From Eledone cirrhosa (Eukaryota), in assembly GCA_964016885.1 (NCBI GenBank), contig OZ024741.1, positions 395,684,001-395,748,000 on the forward strand: a stretch of 64,000 nt of DNA, in the 5' to 3' direction. Of the stretch, positions 30,001-45,000 are shown piece by piece. The first letter of the stretch is position 1; each line of letters begins with the position of its first letter. A program made the position numbers and the translations under genes. The notes below the pieces were generated by a model. The model ran no database searches. It was not told where the DNA came from and saw only the letters and a program-made list of their open reading frames with translations.

Positions 30001-33000
30001 GTGAGTGTCATACAACTAACTATATACTCTTGTTGCGAGTGTCATACAACTAACTATATACTCTTGTTGTGAGTGTCATACAACTAACTATATTCTCTTG
30101 TTATCAGTGTCATACAACTAACTATATACTCTTGTTGTGAGTGTCATACAACTAACTATATACACTTGTTGCGAGTGTCATACAAGTAACTATATACTCT
30201 TGTTGTGAGTGTCATACAACTAGCTATATGCTCTTGTTGCGAGCGTCATACAACTAACTATATTCTCTTGTTATCAGTGTCATACAACTAACTATATACT
30301 CTTGTTGTGAGTGTCATACAACTAACTATATACTCTTGTTGTGAGTGTCATGCAACAAGCTATATTCTCTTGTTGTGAGTGTCATACAACGAGCTATATT
30401 CTCTTGTCGTGAGTGTCATACAACTAGCTATATGCTCTTGTCGTGAATGTCATACAACAAGCTATATTCTCTTGTTGTGAGTGTCATACAACTAGCTATA
30501 TTCTCTTGTTGTGAGTGTCATACAACTAACTATATTCTCTTGTTGTGAGTGTCATATAACTAACTATATTCTCTTGTTGTGTGTGTCATACAACTAACTA
30601 TATTCTCTTGTTGTGAGTGTCATACAACTAGCTATATACTCTTGTTGTGAGTGTCATACAACTAACTATATTCTCTTGTTGTGAGTGTCATACAACTAAC
30701 TATATTCTCTTCTTGTGAGTGTCATACAACTAACTATATTCTCTTGTTGTGCGTGTCATACAACTAGCTATATTCTCTTCTTGTGAGTGTCATACAACTA
30801 GTTATATGCTCTTGTTGTGAATGTCATACAACAAGCTATATTCTCTTGTTGTGAGTGTCATACAACTAGCTATATTCTCTTGTTGTGAGTGTCATACAAC
30901 TAGCTATATGCTCTTGTTGTGAATGTCATACAACAAGCTATATTCTCTTGTTGTGAGTGTCATACAACTAACTATATACTCTTGTTGTGAGTGTCATACA
31001 ACTAACTATATTCTCTTGTTGTGAGTGTCATACAACTAGCTATATTCTCTTGTTGTGAGTGTCATACAACTAACTATATACTCTTGTTGTGATTGTCATA
31101 CAACTAACTATATTCTCTTGTTGTGAGTGTCATACAACTAGCTATATGCTCTTGTTGTGAGTGTCATACAACTAACTATATACTCTTGTTGTGAATGTCA
31201 TATAACTAGCTATATGCTCTTGTTGCCAGTGTCATACAATTAACTATATTCTCTTGTTGTGAGTGTCTTACAACTAGCTATATGCTCTTGTTGTGAGTGT
31301 CATACAACTAGATATATTCTCTTGTTGTGAGTGTCATACAACTAACTATATGCTCTTGTTGTGAGTGTCATACAACTAACTATATGCTCTTGTTGTGAGT
31401 GTCATACCACTAACTATATTCTCTTGTTGCGAGTGTCATACAACAAGCTATATTCTCTTGTTGTGAGTGTCATACAACTAACTATATTCTCTTGTTGTGA
31501 GTGTCATACAACTAACTTTATTCTCTTGTTGTGAGTGTCATACAACTAGCTATATTCTCTTGTTGTGAGTGTCATACAACTAACTCTATTCTCTTGTTGT
31601 GAGTGTCATACAACTAACTATATTCTCTTGTTGTGAGTGTCATACAACTAACTATATTCTCTTGTTGTGAGTGTCATACAACTAGCTATATTCTCTTGTT
31701 GTGAGTGTCATACAACTAAATCTATTCTCTTGTTGTGAGTGTCAGACAACTAACTATATACTCTTGTTGTGAGTGTCATACAACTAACTATATTCTCTTG
31801 TTGTGAGTGTCATACAACTAGCTATATTCTCTTGTTGTGAGTGTCATACCACTAACTATATTCTCTTGTTGCGAGTGTCATACAACAAGCTATATTCTCT
31901 TGTTGTGAGTATCATACAACTAAATATATTCTCTTGTTGTGAGTGTCATACAACTAACTCTATTCTCTTGTTGTGTATGTCATACAACTAGCTATATTCT
32001 CTTGTTGTGAGTATCATACAACTAACTCTATTCTCTTGTTGTGTGTGTCATACAACTAACTATATTCTCTTGTTATCAGTGTCATACAACTAGCTATATT
32101 CACTTGTTGTGAGTGTCATACAACTAACTATACACTCTTGTTGTGATTGTCATACAACTAACAATATTCTCTTGTTGTGAGTGTCATACAACTAGCTATA
32201 TGCTCTTGTTGTGAGTGTCATACAACTAGCTATATGCTCTTGTTGCGAGCGTCATACAACTAACTATATTCTCTTGTTATCAGTGTCATACAACTAACTA
32301 TATACTCTTGTTGTGAGTGTCATACAACTAACTATATACTCTTGTTGTGAGTGTCATGCAACAAGCTATATTCTCTTGTTGTGAGTGTCATACAACGAGC
32401 TATATTCTCTTGTCGTGAGTGTCATACAACTAGCTATATGCTCTTGTCGTGAATGTCATACAACAAGCTATATTATCTTGTTGTGAGTGTCATACAACTA
32501 GCTATATTCTCTTGTTGTGAGTGTCATACAACTAACTATATTCTCTTGTTGTGAGTGTCATATAACTAACTATATTCTCTTGTTGTGTGTGTGATACAAC
32601 TAACTATATTCTCTTGTTGTGAGTGTCATACAACTAGCTATATACTCTTGTTGTGAGTGTCATACAACTAACTATATTCTCTTGTTGTGAGTGTCATACA
32701 ACTAACTATATTCTCTTCTTGTGAGTGTCATACAACTAACTATATTCTCTTGTTGTGCGTGTCATACAACTAGCTATATTCTCTTCTTGTGAGTGTCATA
32801 CAACTAGTTATATGCTCTTGTTGTGAATGTCATACAACAAGCTATATTCTCTTGTTGTGAGTGTCATACAACTAGCTATATTCTCTTGTTGTGAGTGTCA
32901 TACAACTAGCTATATGCTCTTGTTGTGAATGTCATACAACAAGCTATATTCTCTTGTTGTGAGTGTCATACAACTAACTATATACTCTTGTTGTGAGTGT

Positions 33001-36000
33001 CATACAACTAACTATATTCTCTTGTTGTGAGTGTCATACAACTAGCTATATTCTCTTGTTGTGAGTGTCATACAACTAACTATATACTCTTGTTGTGATT
33101 GTCATACAACTAACTATATTCTCTTGTTGTGAGTGTCATACAAGTAACTATATGCTCTTGTTGTGAGTGTCATACAACTAACTATATACTCTTGTTATGA
33201 GTGTCATACAACTAGCTATATTCTCTTGTTGTGAGTGTCATACAACTAACTATATACTCTTGTTGTGAATGTCATATAACTAGCTATATGCTCTTGTTGC
33301 CAGTGTCATACAATTAACTATATTCTCTTGTTGTGAGTGTCTTACAACTGGCTATATGCTCTTGTTGTGAGTGTCATACAACTAGATATATTCTCTTGTT
33401 GTGAGTGTCATACAACTAACTATATGCTCTTGTTGTGAGTGTCATACAACTAACTATATACTCTTGTTGTGAGTGTCATACAACTAGCTATATGCTCTTG
33501 TTGTGAGTGTCATACCACTAACTATATTCTCTTGTTGCGAGTGTCATACAACAAGCTATATTCTCTTGTTGTGAGTGTCATACAACTAACTATATTCTCT
33601 TGTTGTGAGTGTCATACAACTAATTTTATTCTCTTGTTGTGAGTGTCATACAACTAGCTATATTCTCTTGTTGTGAGTGTCATACAACTAACTCTATTCT
33701 CTTGTTGTGAGTGTCATACAACTAACTATATTCTCTTGTTGTGAGTGTCATACAACTAGCTATATTCTCTTGTTGTGAGTGTCATACAACTAACTCTATT
33801 CTCTTGTTGTGAGTGTCATACAACTAACTATATACTCTTGTTGTGAGTGTCATACAACTAACTATATTCTCTTGTTGTGAGTGTCATACAACTAGCTATA
33901 TTCTCTTGTTGTGAGTGTCATACCACTAACTATATTCTCTTGTTGCGAGTGTCATACAACAAGCTATATTCTCTTGTTGTGAGTATCATACAACTAAATA
34001 TATTCTCTTGTTGTGAGTGTCATACAACTAACTCTATTCTCATGTTGTGTATGTCATACAACTAGCTATATTCTCTTGTTGTGAGTATCATAAAACTAAC
34101 TCTATTCTCTTGTTGTGTGTGTCATACAACTAACTATATTCTCTTGTCATCAGTGTCATACAACTAGCTATATTCACTTGTTGTGAGTGTCATACAACTA
34201 ACTATACACTCTTGTTGTGATTGTCATACAACTAACAATATTCTCTTGTTGTGAGTGTCATACAACTAGCTATATGCTCTTGTTGTGAGTGTCATACAAC
34301 TAACTATATACTCTTGTTATGAGTGTCATACAACTAGCTATATTTTCTTGTTGTGAGTGTCATACAACTAACTATATACTCTTGTTGTGAGTGTCATACA
34401 ACTAGCTATATGCTCTTGTTGCGAGTGTCATACAACTAACTATATACTCTTGTTGTGAATGTCATACAACTAACTATATACTCTTGTTGTGAGTGTCATA
34501 CAACTAACTATATGCTCTTGTTTCGAGTATCATACAACTAACTATATACTCTTGTTGTGAGTGTCATACAACTAACTATATACACTTGTTGTGAGTGTCA
34601 TACAACTAACTATATTCTCTTGTTGTGAGTGTCATACCACTAACTATATTCACTTGTTGCGAGTGTCATACAACAAGCTATATTCTCTTGTTGTGAGTGT
34701 CATAAAACTAACTATATTCTCTTGTTGTGAGTGTCATACAACTAACTATATTCTCTTGTTGTGAGTGTCATACAACTAACTATATTCTCTTGTTGTTAGT
34801 GTCATACAACTAACTATATTCTCTTATTGTGAGTGTCATACAACTAGCTATATTTCTTGTTGTGAGTGTCATACAACTAACTCTATTCTCCTGTTGTGAG
34901 TGTCATACAACTAACTATATTCTCTTGTTATCAGTGTCATACAACTAACTATATGCTCTTGTTTCGAGTATCATACAACTAACTATATACTCTTGTTGTG
35001 AGTGTCATACAACTAACTATATACTCTTGTTGTGAGTGTCATACAACTAGCTATATTGTCTTGTTGTGATTGTCATACAACTAACTATATTCTCTTGTTG
35101 TGAGTGTCATACAACTAGCTATATTCCCTGTTGTGAGTGTCATAAAACTAACTATATTCTCTTGTTGTTAGTGTCATACAACTAACTATATTCTCTTGTT
35201 GTGAGTGTCATACAACTAACTATATGCTCTTGTTGTGAGTGTCATACAACTAACTATATTCGCTTGTTGTGAGTGTCATACAACTAACTATATACTCTTG
35301 TTGTGAGTGTCATGCAACAAGCTATATTCTCTTGTTGTGACTGTCATACAACGAGCTATATTCTCTTGTCGTGAGTGTCATACAACTAGCTATATGCTCT
35401 TGTTGTGAGTGTCATACAACTAACTATATTCTCTTGTTGTGAGTGTCATATAACTAACTATATTCTCTTGTTGTGAGTGTCATACAACTAGCTATATACT
35501 CTTGTTGTGAGTGTCATACAACTAACTATATTCTCTTGTTGTGAGTGTCATACAACTAATTATATTCTCTTGTTGTGAGTGTCATACAACTAACTATATT
35601 CTCTTGTTGTGCGTGTCATACAACTAACTATATTCTCTTGTTATCAGTGTCATACAACTAGCTATATTCACTTGTTGTGAGTGTCATACAACTAACTATA
35701 CACTCTTGTTGTGATTGTCATACAACTAACAATATTCTCTTGTTGTGAGTGTCATACAACTAGCTATATGCTCTTGTTGTGAGTGTCATACAACTAGCTA
35801 TATGCTCTTGTTGCGAGCGTCATACAACTAACTATATTCTCTTGTTATCAGTGTCATACAACTAACTATATACTCTTGTTGTGAGTGTCATACAACTAAC
35901 TATATACTCTTGTTGTGAGTGTCATGCAACAAGCTATATTCTCTTGTTGTGAGTGTTATACAACGAGCTATATTCTCTTGTCGTGAGTGTCATACAACTA

Positions 36001-39000
36001 GCTATATGCTCTTGTCGTGAATGTCATACAACAAGCTATATTATCTTGTTGTGAGTGTCATACAACTAGCTATATTCTCTTGTTGTGAGTGTCATACAAG
36101 TAACTATATTCTCTTGTTGTGAGTCTCATATAACTAACTATATTCTCTTGTTGTGTGTGTGATACAACTAACTATATTCTCTTGTTGTGAGTGTCATACA
36201 ACTAGCTATATACTCTTGTTGTGAGTGTCATACAACTAACTATATTCTCTTGTTGTGAGTGTCATACAACTAACTATATTCTCTTCTTGTGAGTGTCATA
36301 CAACTAACTATATTCTCTTGTTGTGCGTGTCATACAACTAGCTATATTCTCTTCTTGTGAGTGTCATACAACTAGTTATATGCTCTTGTTGTGAATGTCA
36401 TACAACAAGCTATATTCTCTTGTTGTGAGTGTCATACAACTAGCTATATTCTCTTGTTGTGAGTGTCATACAACTAGCTATATGCTCTTGTTGTGAATGT
36501 CATACAACAAGCTATATTCTCTTGTTGTGAGTGTCATACAACTAACTATATACTCTTGTTGTGAGTGTCATACAACTAACTATATTCTCTTGTTGTGAGT
36601 GTCATACAACTAGCTATATTCTCTTGTTGTGAGTGTCATACAACTAACTATATACTCTTGTTGTGATTGTCATACAACTAACTATATTCTCTTGTTGTGA
36701 GTGTCATACAACTAGCTATATGCTCTTGTTGTGAGTGTCATACAACTAACTATATACTCTTGTTATGAGTGTCATACAACTAGCTATATTCTCTTGTTGT
36801 GAGTGTCATACAACTAACTATATACTCTTGTTGTGAATGTCATATAACTAGCTATATGCTCTTGTTGCCAGTGTCATACAATTAACTATATTCTCTTGTT
36901 GTGAGTGTCTTACAACTGGCTATATGCTCTTGTTGTGAGTGTCATACAACTAGATATATTCTCTTGTTGTGAGTGTCATACAACTAACTATATGCTCTTG
37001 TTGTGAGTGTCATACAACTAACTATATACTCTTGTTGTGAGTGTCATACAACTAGCTATATGCTCTTGTTGTGAGTGTCATACCACTAACTATATTCTCT
37101 TGTTGCGAGTGTCATACAACAAGCTATATTCTCTTGTTGTGAGTGTCATACAACTAACTATATTCTCTTGTTGTGAGTGTCATACAACTAATTTTATTCT
37201 CTTGTTGTGAGTGTCATACAACTAGCTATATTCTCTTGTTGTGAGTGTCATACAACTAACTCTATTCTCTTGTTGTGAGTGTCATACAACTAACTATATT
37301 CTCTTGTTGTGAGTGTCATACAACTAGCTATATTCTCTTGTTGTGAGTGTCATACAACTAACTCTATTCTCTTGTTGTGAGTGTCATACAACTAACTATA
37401 TACTCTTGTTGTGAGTGTCATACAACTAACTATATTCTCTTGTTGTGAGTGTCATACAACTAGCTATATTCTCTTGTTGTGAGTGTCATACCACTAACTA
37501 TATTCTCTTGTTGCGAGTGTCATACAACAAGCTATATTCTCTTGTTGTGAGTATCATACAACTAAATATATTCTCTTGTTGTGAGTGTCATACAACTAAC
37601 TCTATTCTCTTGTTGTGTATGTCATACAACTAGCTATATTCTCTTGTTGTGAGTATCATACAACTAACTCTATTCTCTTGTTGTGTGTGTCATACAACTA
37701 ACTATATTCTCTTGTTATCAGTGTCATACAACTAGCTATATTCACTTGTTGTGAGTGTCATACAACTAACTATACACTCTTGTTGTGATTGTCATACAAC
37801 TAACAATATTCTCTTGTTGTGAGTGTCATACAACTAGCTATATGCTCTTGTTGTGAGTGTCATACAACTAACTATATACTCTTGTTATGAGTGTCATACA
37901 ACTAGCTATATTTTCTTGTTGTGAGTGTCATACAACTAACTATATACTCTTGGTGTGAGTGTCATACAACTAGCTATATGCTCTTGTTGCGAGTGTCATA
38001 CAACTAACTATATACTCTTGTTGTGAATGTCATACAACTAACTATATACTCTTGTTGTGAGTGTCATACAACTAACTATATGCTCTTGTTTCGAGTATCA
38101 TACAACTAACTATATACTCTTGTTGTGAGTGTCATACAACTAACTATATACACTTGTTGTGAGTGTCATACAACTAACTATATTCTCTTGTTGTGAGTGT
38201 CATACCACTAACTATATTCACTTGTTGCGAGTGTCATACAACAAGCTATATTCTCTTGTTGTGAGTGTCATAAAACTAACTATATTCTCTTGTTGTGAGT
38301 GTCATACAACTAACTATATTCTCTTGTTGTGAGTGTCATACAACTAACTATATTCTCTTGTTGTTAGTGTCATACAACTAACTATATTCTCTTGTTGTGA
38401 GTGTCATACAACTAGCTATATTTCTTGTTGTGAGTGTCATACAACTAACTCTATTCTCCTGTTGTGAGTGTCATACAACTAACTATATTCTCTTGTTATC
38501 AGTGTCATACAACTAACTATATGCTCTTGTTTCGAGTATCATACAACTAACTATATACTCTTGTTGTGAGTGTCATACAACTAACTATATACTCTTGTTG
38601 TGAGTGTCATACAACTAGCTATATTGTCTTGTTGTGATTGTCATACAACTAACTATATTCTCTTGTTGTGAGTGTCATACAACTAGCTATATTCCCTGTT
38701 GTGAGTGTCATAAAACTAACTATATTCTCTTGTTGTTAGTGTCATACAACTAACTATATTCTCTTGTTGTGAGTGTCATACAACTAACTATATGCTCTTG
38801 TTGTGAGTGTCATACAACTAACTATATTCGCTTGTTGTGAGTGTCATACAACTAACTATATACTCTTGTTGTGAGTGTCATGCAACAAGCTATATTCTCT
38901 TGTTGTGACTGTCATACAACGAGCTATATTCTCTTGTCGTGAGTGTCATACAACTAGCTATATGCTCTTGTTGTGAGTGTCATACAACTAACTATATTCT

Positions 39001-42000
39001 CTTGTTGTGAGTGTCATACAACTAATTATATTCTCTTGTTGTGAGTGTCATACAACTAACTATATTCTCTTGTTGTGCGTGTCATACAACTAGCTATATT
39101 CTCTTCTTGTGAGTGTCATACAACTAGTTATATGCTCTTGTTGTGAATGTCATACAACAAGCTATATTCTCTTGTTGTGAGTGTCATACAACTAGCTATA
39201 TTCTCTTGTTGTGAGTGTCATACAACTAGCTATATGCTCTTGTTGTGAATGTCATACAACAAGCTATATTCTCTTGTTGTGAGTGTCATACAACATACTA
39301 TATACTCTTGTTGTGAGTGTCATACAACTAGCTATATTCTCTTGTTGTGAGTGTCATACAACTAACTATATACTCTTGTTGTGATTGTCATACAACTAAC
39401 AATATTCTCTTGTTGTGAGTGTCATACAACTAGCTACATGCTCTTGTTGTGAGTGTCATACAACTAACTATATACTCTTGTTATGAGTGTCATACAACTA
39501 GCTATATTCTCTTGTTGTGAGTGTCATACAACTAACTATATACTCTTGTTGTGAGTGTCATACAACTAACTATATTCTCTTGTTGTGAGTGTCGTACCAC
39601 TAACTATATTCACTTGTTGCGAGTGTCATACAACAAGCTATATTCTCTTGTTGTGAGTGTCATAAAACTAACTATATTCTCTTGTTGTGAGTGTCATACA
39701 ACTAACTATATTCTCTTGTTGTGAGTGTCATACAACTAACTATATTCTCTTGTTGTGAGTGTCATACAACTAACTATATTCTCTTGTTGTGTGTGTCATA
39801 CAACTAGCTATATTTCTTGTTGTGAGTGTCATACAACTAACTCTATTCTCTTGTTGTGAGTGTCATACAACTAACTATATACTCTTGTTGTGAGTGTCAT
39901 ACAACTAACTATATACTCTTGTTGTGAGTGTCATACAACTAGCTATATTCTCTTGTTGTGATTGTCATACCACTAAATATATTCTCTTGTTGTGAGTGTC
40001 ATACAACTAGCTATATTCCCTGTTGTGAGTGTCATACAACTAACTATATTCTCTTGTTGTTAGTGTCATACAACTAACTATATTCTCTTGTTGTGAGTGT
40101 CATACAACTAACTATATGCTCTTGTTGTGAGTGTCATACAACTAACTATATTCGCTTGTTGTGAGTGTCATACAACTAACTATATACTCTTGTTGTGAGT
40201 GTCATGCAACAAGCTATATTCTCTTGTTGTGACTGTCATAAAACGAGCTATATTCTCTTGTCGTGAGTGTCATACAACTAGCTATATGCTCTTGTTGTGA
40301 ATGTCATACAACAAGCTAATTCTCTTGTTGTGAGTGTCATACAACTAGCTATATTCTCTTGTTGTGAGTGTCATACAACTAACTATATTCTCTTGTTGTG
40401 AGTGTCATATAACTAACTATATTCTCTTATTGTGTGTGTCATACAACTAACTATATTCTCTTCTTGTGAGTGTCATACAACTAGATATATACTCTTGTTG
40501 TGAGTGTCATACAACTAACTATATTCTCTTGTTGTGAGTGTCATACAACTAATTATATTCTCTTGTTGTGAGTGTCATACAACTAACTATATTCTCTTGT
40601 TGTGCGTGTCATACAACTAGCTATATTCTCTTCTTGTGAGTGTCATACAACTAACTATATACTCTTGTTGTGAATGTCATACAACTAGCTATATGCTCTT
40701 GTTGCCAGTGTCATACAATTAACTATATTCTCTTGTTGTGAGTGTCATACAACTAGCTATATGCTCTTGTTGTGAGTGTCATACAACTAGCTATATTCTC
40801 TTGTCGTGAGTGTCATACAACTAGCTATATGCTCTTGTTGTGAATGTCATACAACAAGCTATATTCTCTTGTTGTGAGTGTCATACAACTAGCTATATTC
40901 TCTTCTTGTGAGTGTCATACAACTAACTATATTCTCTTGTTGTGAGTGTCATATAACTAACTATATTCTCTTGTTGTGTGTGTCATACAACTAACTATAT
41001 TCTCTTCTTGTGAGTGTCATACAACTAGTTATATGCTCTTGTTGTGAATGTCATACAACAAGCTATATTCTCTTGTTGTGAGTGTCATACAACTAGCTAT
41101 ATTCTCTTGTTGTGAGTGTCATACAACTAGCTATATGCTCTTGTTGTGAATGTCATACAACAAGCTATATTCTCTTATTGTGAGTGTCATACAACTAACT
41201 ATATACTCTTGTTGTGAGTGTCATATAACTAACTATATTCTCTTGTTGTGAGTGTCATACAACTAGCTATATTCTCTTGTTGTGAGTGTCATACAACTAA
41301 TTATATACTCTTGTTGTGATTGTCATACAACTAACAATATTCTCTTGTTGTGAGTGTCATACAACTAGCTATATGCTCTTGTTGTGAGTGTCATACCACT
41401 AACTATATTCACTTGTTGCGAGTGTCATACAACAAGCTATATTCTCTTGTTGTGAGTGTCATAAAACTAACTATATTCTCTTGTTGTGAGTGTCATACAA
41501 CTAACTATATTCTCTTGTTGTGAGTGTCATACAACTAACTATATTCTCTTGTTGTTAGTGTCATACAACTAACTATATTCTCTTGTTGTGAGTGTCATAC
41601 AACTAGCTATATTTCTTGTTGTGAGTGTCATACAACTAACTCTATTCTCCTGTTGTGAGTGTCATACAACTAACTATATTCTCTTGTTATCAGTGTCATA
41701 CAACTAACTATATGCTCTTGTTTCGAGTATCATACAACTAACTATATACTCTTGTTGTGAGTGTCATACAACTAACTATATACTCTTGTTGTGAGTGTCA
41801 TACAACTAGCTATATTGTCTTGTTGTGATTGTCATACAACTAACTATATTCTCTTGTTGTGAGTGTCATACAACTAGCTATATTCCCTGTTGTGAGTGTC
41901 ATAAAACTAACTATATTCTCTTGTTGTTAGTGTCATACAACTAACTATATTCTCTTGTTGTGAGTGTCATACAACTAACTATATGCTCTTGTTGTGAGTG

Positions 42001-45000
42001 TCATACAACTAACTATATTCGCTTGTTGTGAGTGTCATACAACTAACTATATACTCTTGTTGTGAGTGTCATGCAACAAGCTATATTCTCTTGTTGTGAC
42101 TGTCATACAACGAGCTATATTCTCTTGTCGTGAGTGTCATACAACTAGCTATATGCTCTTGTTGTGAGTGTCATACAACTAACTATATTCTCTTGTTGTG
42201 AGTGTCATACAACTAATTATATTCTCTTGTTGTGAGTGTCATACAACTAACTATATTCTCTTGTTGTGCGTGTCATACAACTAGCTATATTCTCTTCTTG
42301 TGAGTGTCATACAACTAGTTATATGCTCTTGTTGTGAATGTCATACAACAAGCTATATTCTCTTGTTGTGAGTGTCATACAACTAGCTATATTCTCTTGT
42401 TGTGAGTGTCATACAACTAGCTATATGCTCTTGTTGTGAATGTCATACAACAAGCTATATTCTCTTGTTGTGAGTGTCATACAACATACTATATACTCTT
42501 GTTGTGAGTGTCATACAACTAGCTATATTCTCTTGTTGTGAGTGTCATACAACTAACTATATACTCTTGTTGTGATTGTCATACAACTAACAATATTCTC
42601 TTGTTGTGAGTGTCATACAACTAGCTACATGCTCTTGTTGTGAGTGTCATACAACTAACTATATACTCTTGTTATGAGTGTCATACAACTAGCTATATTC
42701 TCTTGTTGTGAGTGTCATACAACTAACTATATACTCTTGTTGTGAGTGTCATACAACTAACTATATTCTCTTGTTGTGAGTGTCGTACCACTAACTATAT
42801 TCACTTGTTGCGAGTGTCATACAACAAGCTATATTCTCTTGTTGTGAGTGTCATAAAACTAACTATATTCTCTTGTTGTGAGTGTCATACAACTAACTAT
42901 ATTCTCTTGTTGTGAGTGTCATACAACTAACTATATTCTCTTGTTGTGAGTGTCATACAACTAACTATATTCTCTTGTTGTGTGTGTCATACAACTAGCT
43001 ATATTTCTTGTTGTGAGTGTCATACAACTAACTCTATTCTCTTGTTGTGAGTGTCATACAACTAACTATATACTCTTGTTGTGAGTGTCATACAACTAAC
43101 TATATACTCTTGTTGTGAGTGTCATACAACTAGCTATATTCTCTTGTTGTGATTGTCATACAACTAACTATATTCTCTTGTTGTGAGTGTCATACAACTA
43201 GCTATATTCCCTGTTGTGAGTGTCATACAACTAACTATATTCTCTTGTTGTTAGTGTCATACAACTAACTATATTCTCTTGTTGTGAGTGTCATACAACT
43301 AACTATATGCTCTTGTTGTGAGTGTCATACAACTAACTATATTCGCTTGTTGTGAGTGTCATACAACTAACTATATACTCTTGTTGTGAGTGTCATGCAA
43401 CAAGCTATATTCTCTTGTTGTGACTGTCATAAAACGAGCTATATTCTCTTGTCGTGAGTGTCATACAACTAGCTATATGCTCTTGTTGTGAATGTCATAC
43501 AACAAGCTAATTCTCTTGTTGTGAGTGTCATACAACTAGCTATATTCTCTTGTTGTGAGTGTCATACAACTAACTATATTCTCTTGTTGTGAGTGTCATA
43601 TAACTAACTATATTCTCTTATTGTGTGTGTCATACAACTAACTATATTCTCTTCTTGTGAGTGTCATACAACTAGATATATACTCTTGTTGTGAGTGTCA
43701 TACAACTAACTATATTCTCTTGTTGTGAGTGTCATACAACTAATTATATTCTCTTGTTGTGAGTGTCATACAACTAACTATATTCTCTTGTTGTGCGTGT
43801 CATACAACTAGCTATATTCTCTTCTTGTGAGTGTCATACAACTAACTATATACTCTTGTTGTGAATGTCATACAACTAGCTATATGCTCTTGTTGCCAGT
43901 GTCATACAATTAACTATATTCTCTTGTTGTGAGTGTCATACAACTAGCTATATGCTCTTGTTGTGAGTGTCATACAACTAGCTATATTCTCTTGTCGTGA
44001 GTGTCATACAACTAGCTATATGCTCTTGTTGTGAATGTCATACAACAAGCTATATTCTCTTGTTGTGAGTGTCATACAACTAGCTATATTCTCTTCTTGT
44101 GAGTGTCATACAACTAACTATATTCTCTTGTTGTGAGTGTCATATAACTAACTATATTCTCTTGTTGTGTGTGTCATACAACTAACTATATTCTCTTCTT
44201 GTGAGTGTCATACAACTAGTTATATGCTCTTGTTGTGAATGTCATACAACAAGCTATATTCTCTTGTTGTGAGTGTCATACAACTAGCTATATTCTCTTG
44301 TTGTGAGTGTCATACAACTAGCTATATGCTCTTGTTGTGAATGTCATACAACAAGCTATATTCTCTTATTGTGAGTGTCATACAACTAACTATATACTCT
44401 TGTTGTGAGTGTCATATAACTAACTATATTCTCTTGTTGTGAGTGTCATACAACTAGCTATATTCTCTTGTTGTGAGTGTCATACAACTAATTATATACT
44501 CTTGTTGTGATTGTCATACAACTAACAATATTCTCTTGTTGTGAGTGTCATACAACTAGCTATATGCTCTTGTTGTGAGTGTCATACAACTAGCTATATT
44601 CTCTTGTTGTGAGTGTCATACAACTAACTATATGCTCTTGTTGTGAGTGTCATACAACTAACTCTATTCTCTTGTTGTGAGTGTCATACAACTAGCTATA
44701 TGCTCTTGTTGCGAGTGTCATACAACTAACTATATACTCTTGTTGTGAGTGTCATACAAATAGCTATATGCTCTTGTTGTGAGTGTCATACAACTAACTA
44801 TATACTCTTGTTGTGAGTGTATACAACTAGCTATATGCTCTTGTTGCGAGTGTCATACAACTAACTATATACTCTTGTTGTGAGTGTCATACAACTAACT
44901 ATATACTCTTGTTGTGAGTGTCATACAACTAACTATAAGCTCTTGTTACGAGTATCATACAACTAACTATATACTCTTGTTGTGAGTGTCATACAACTAA

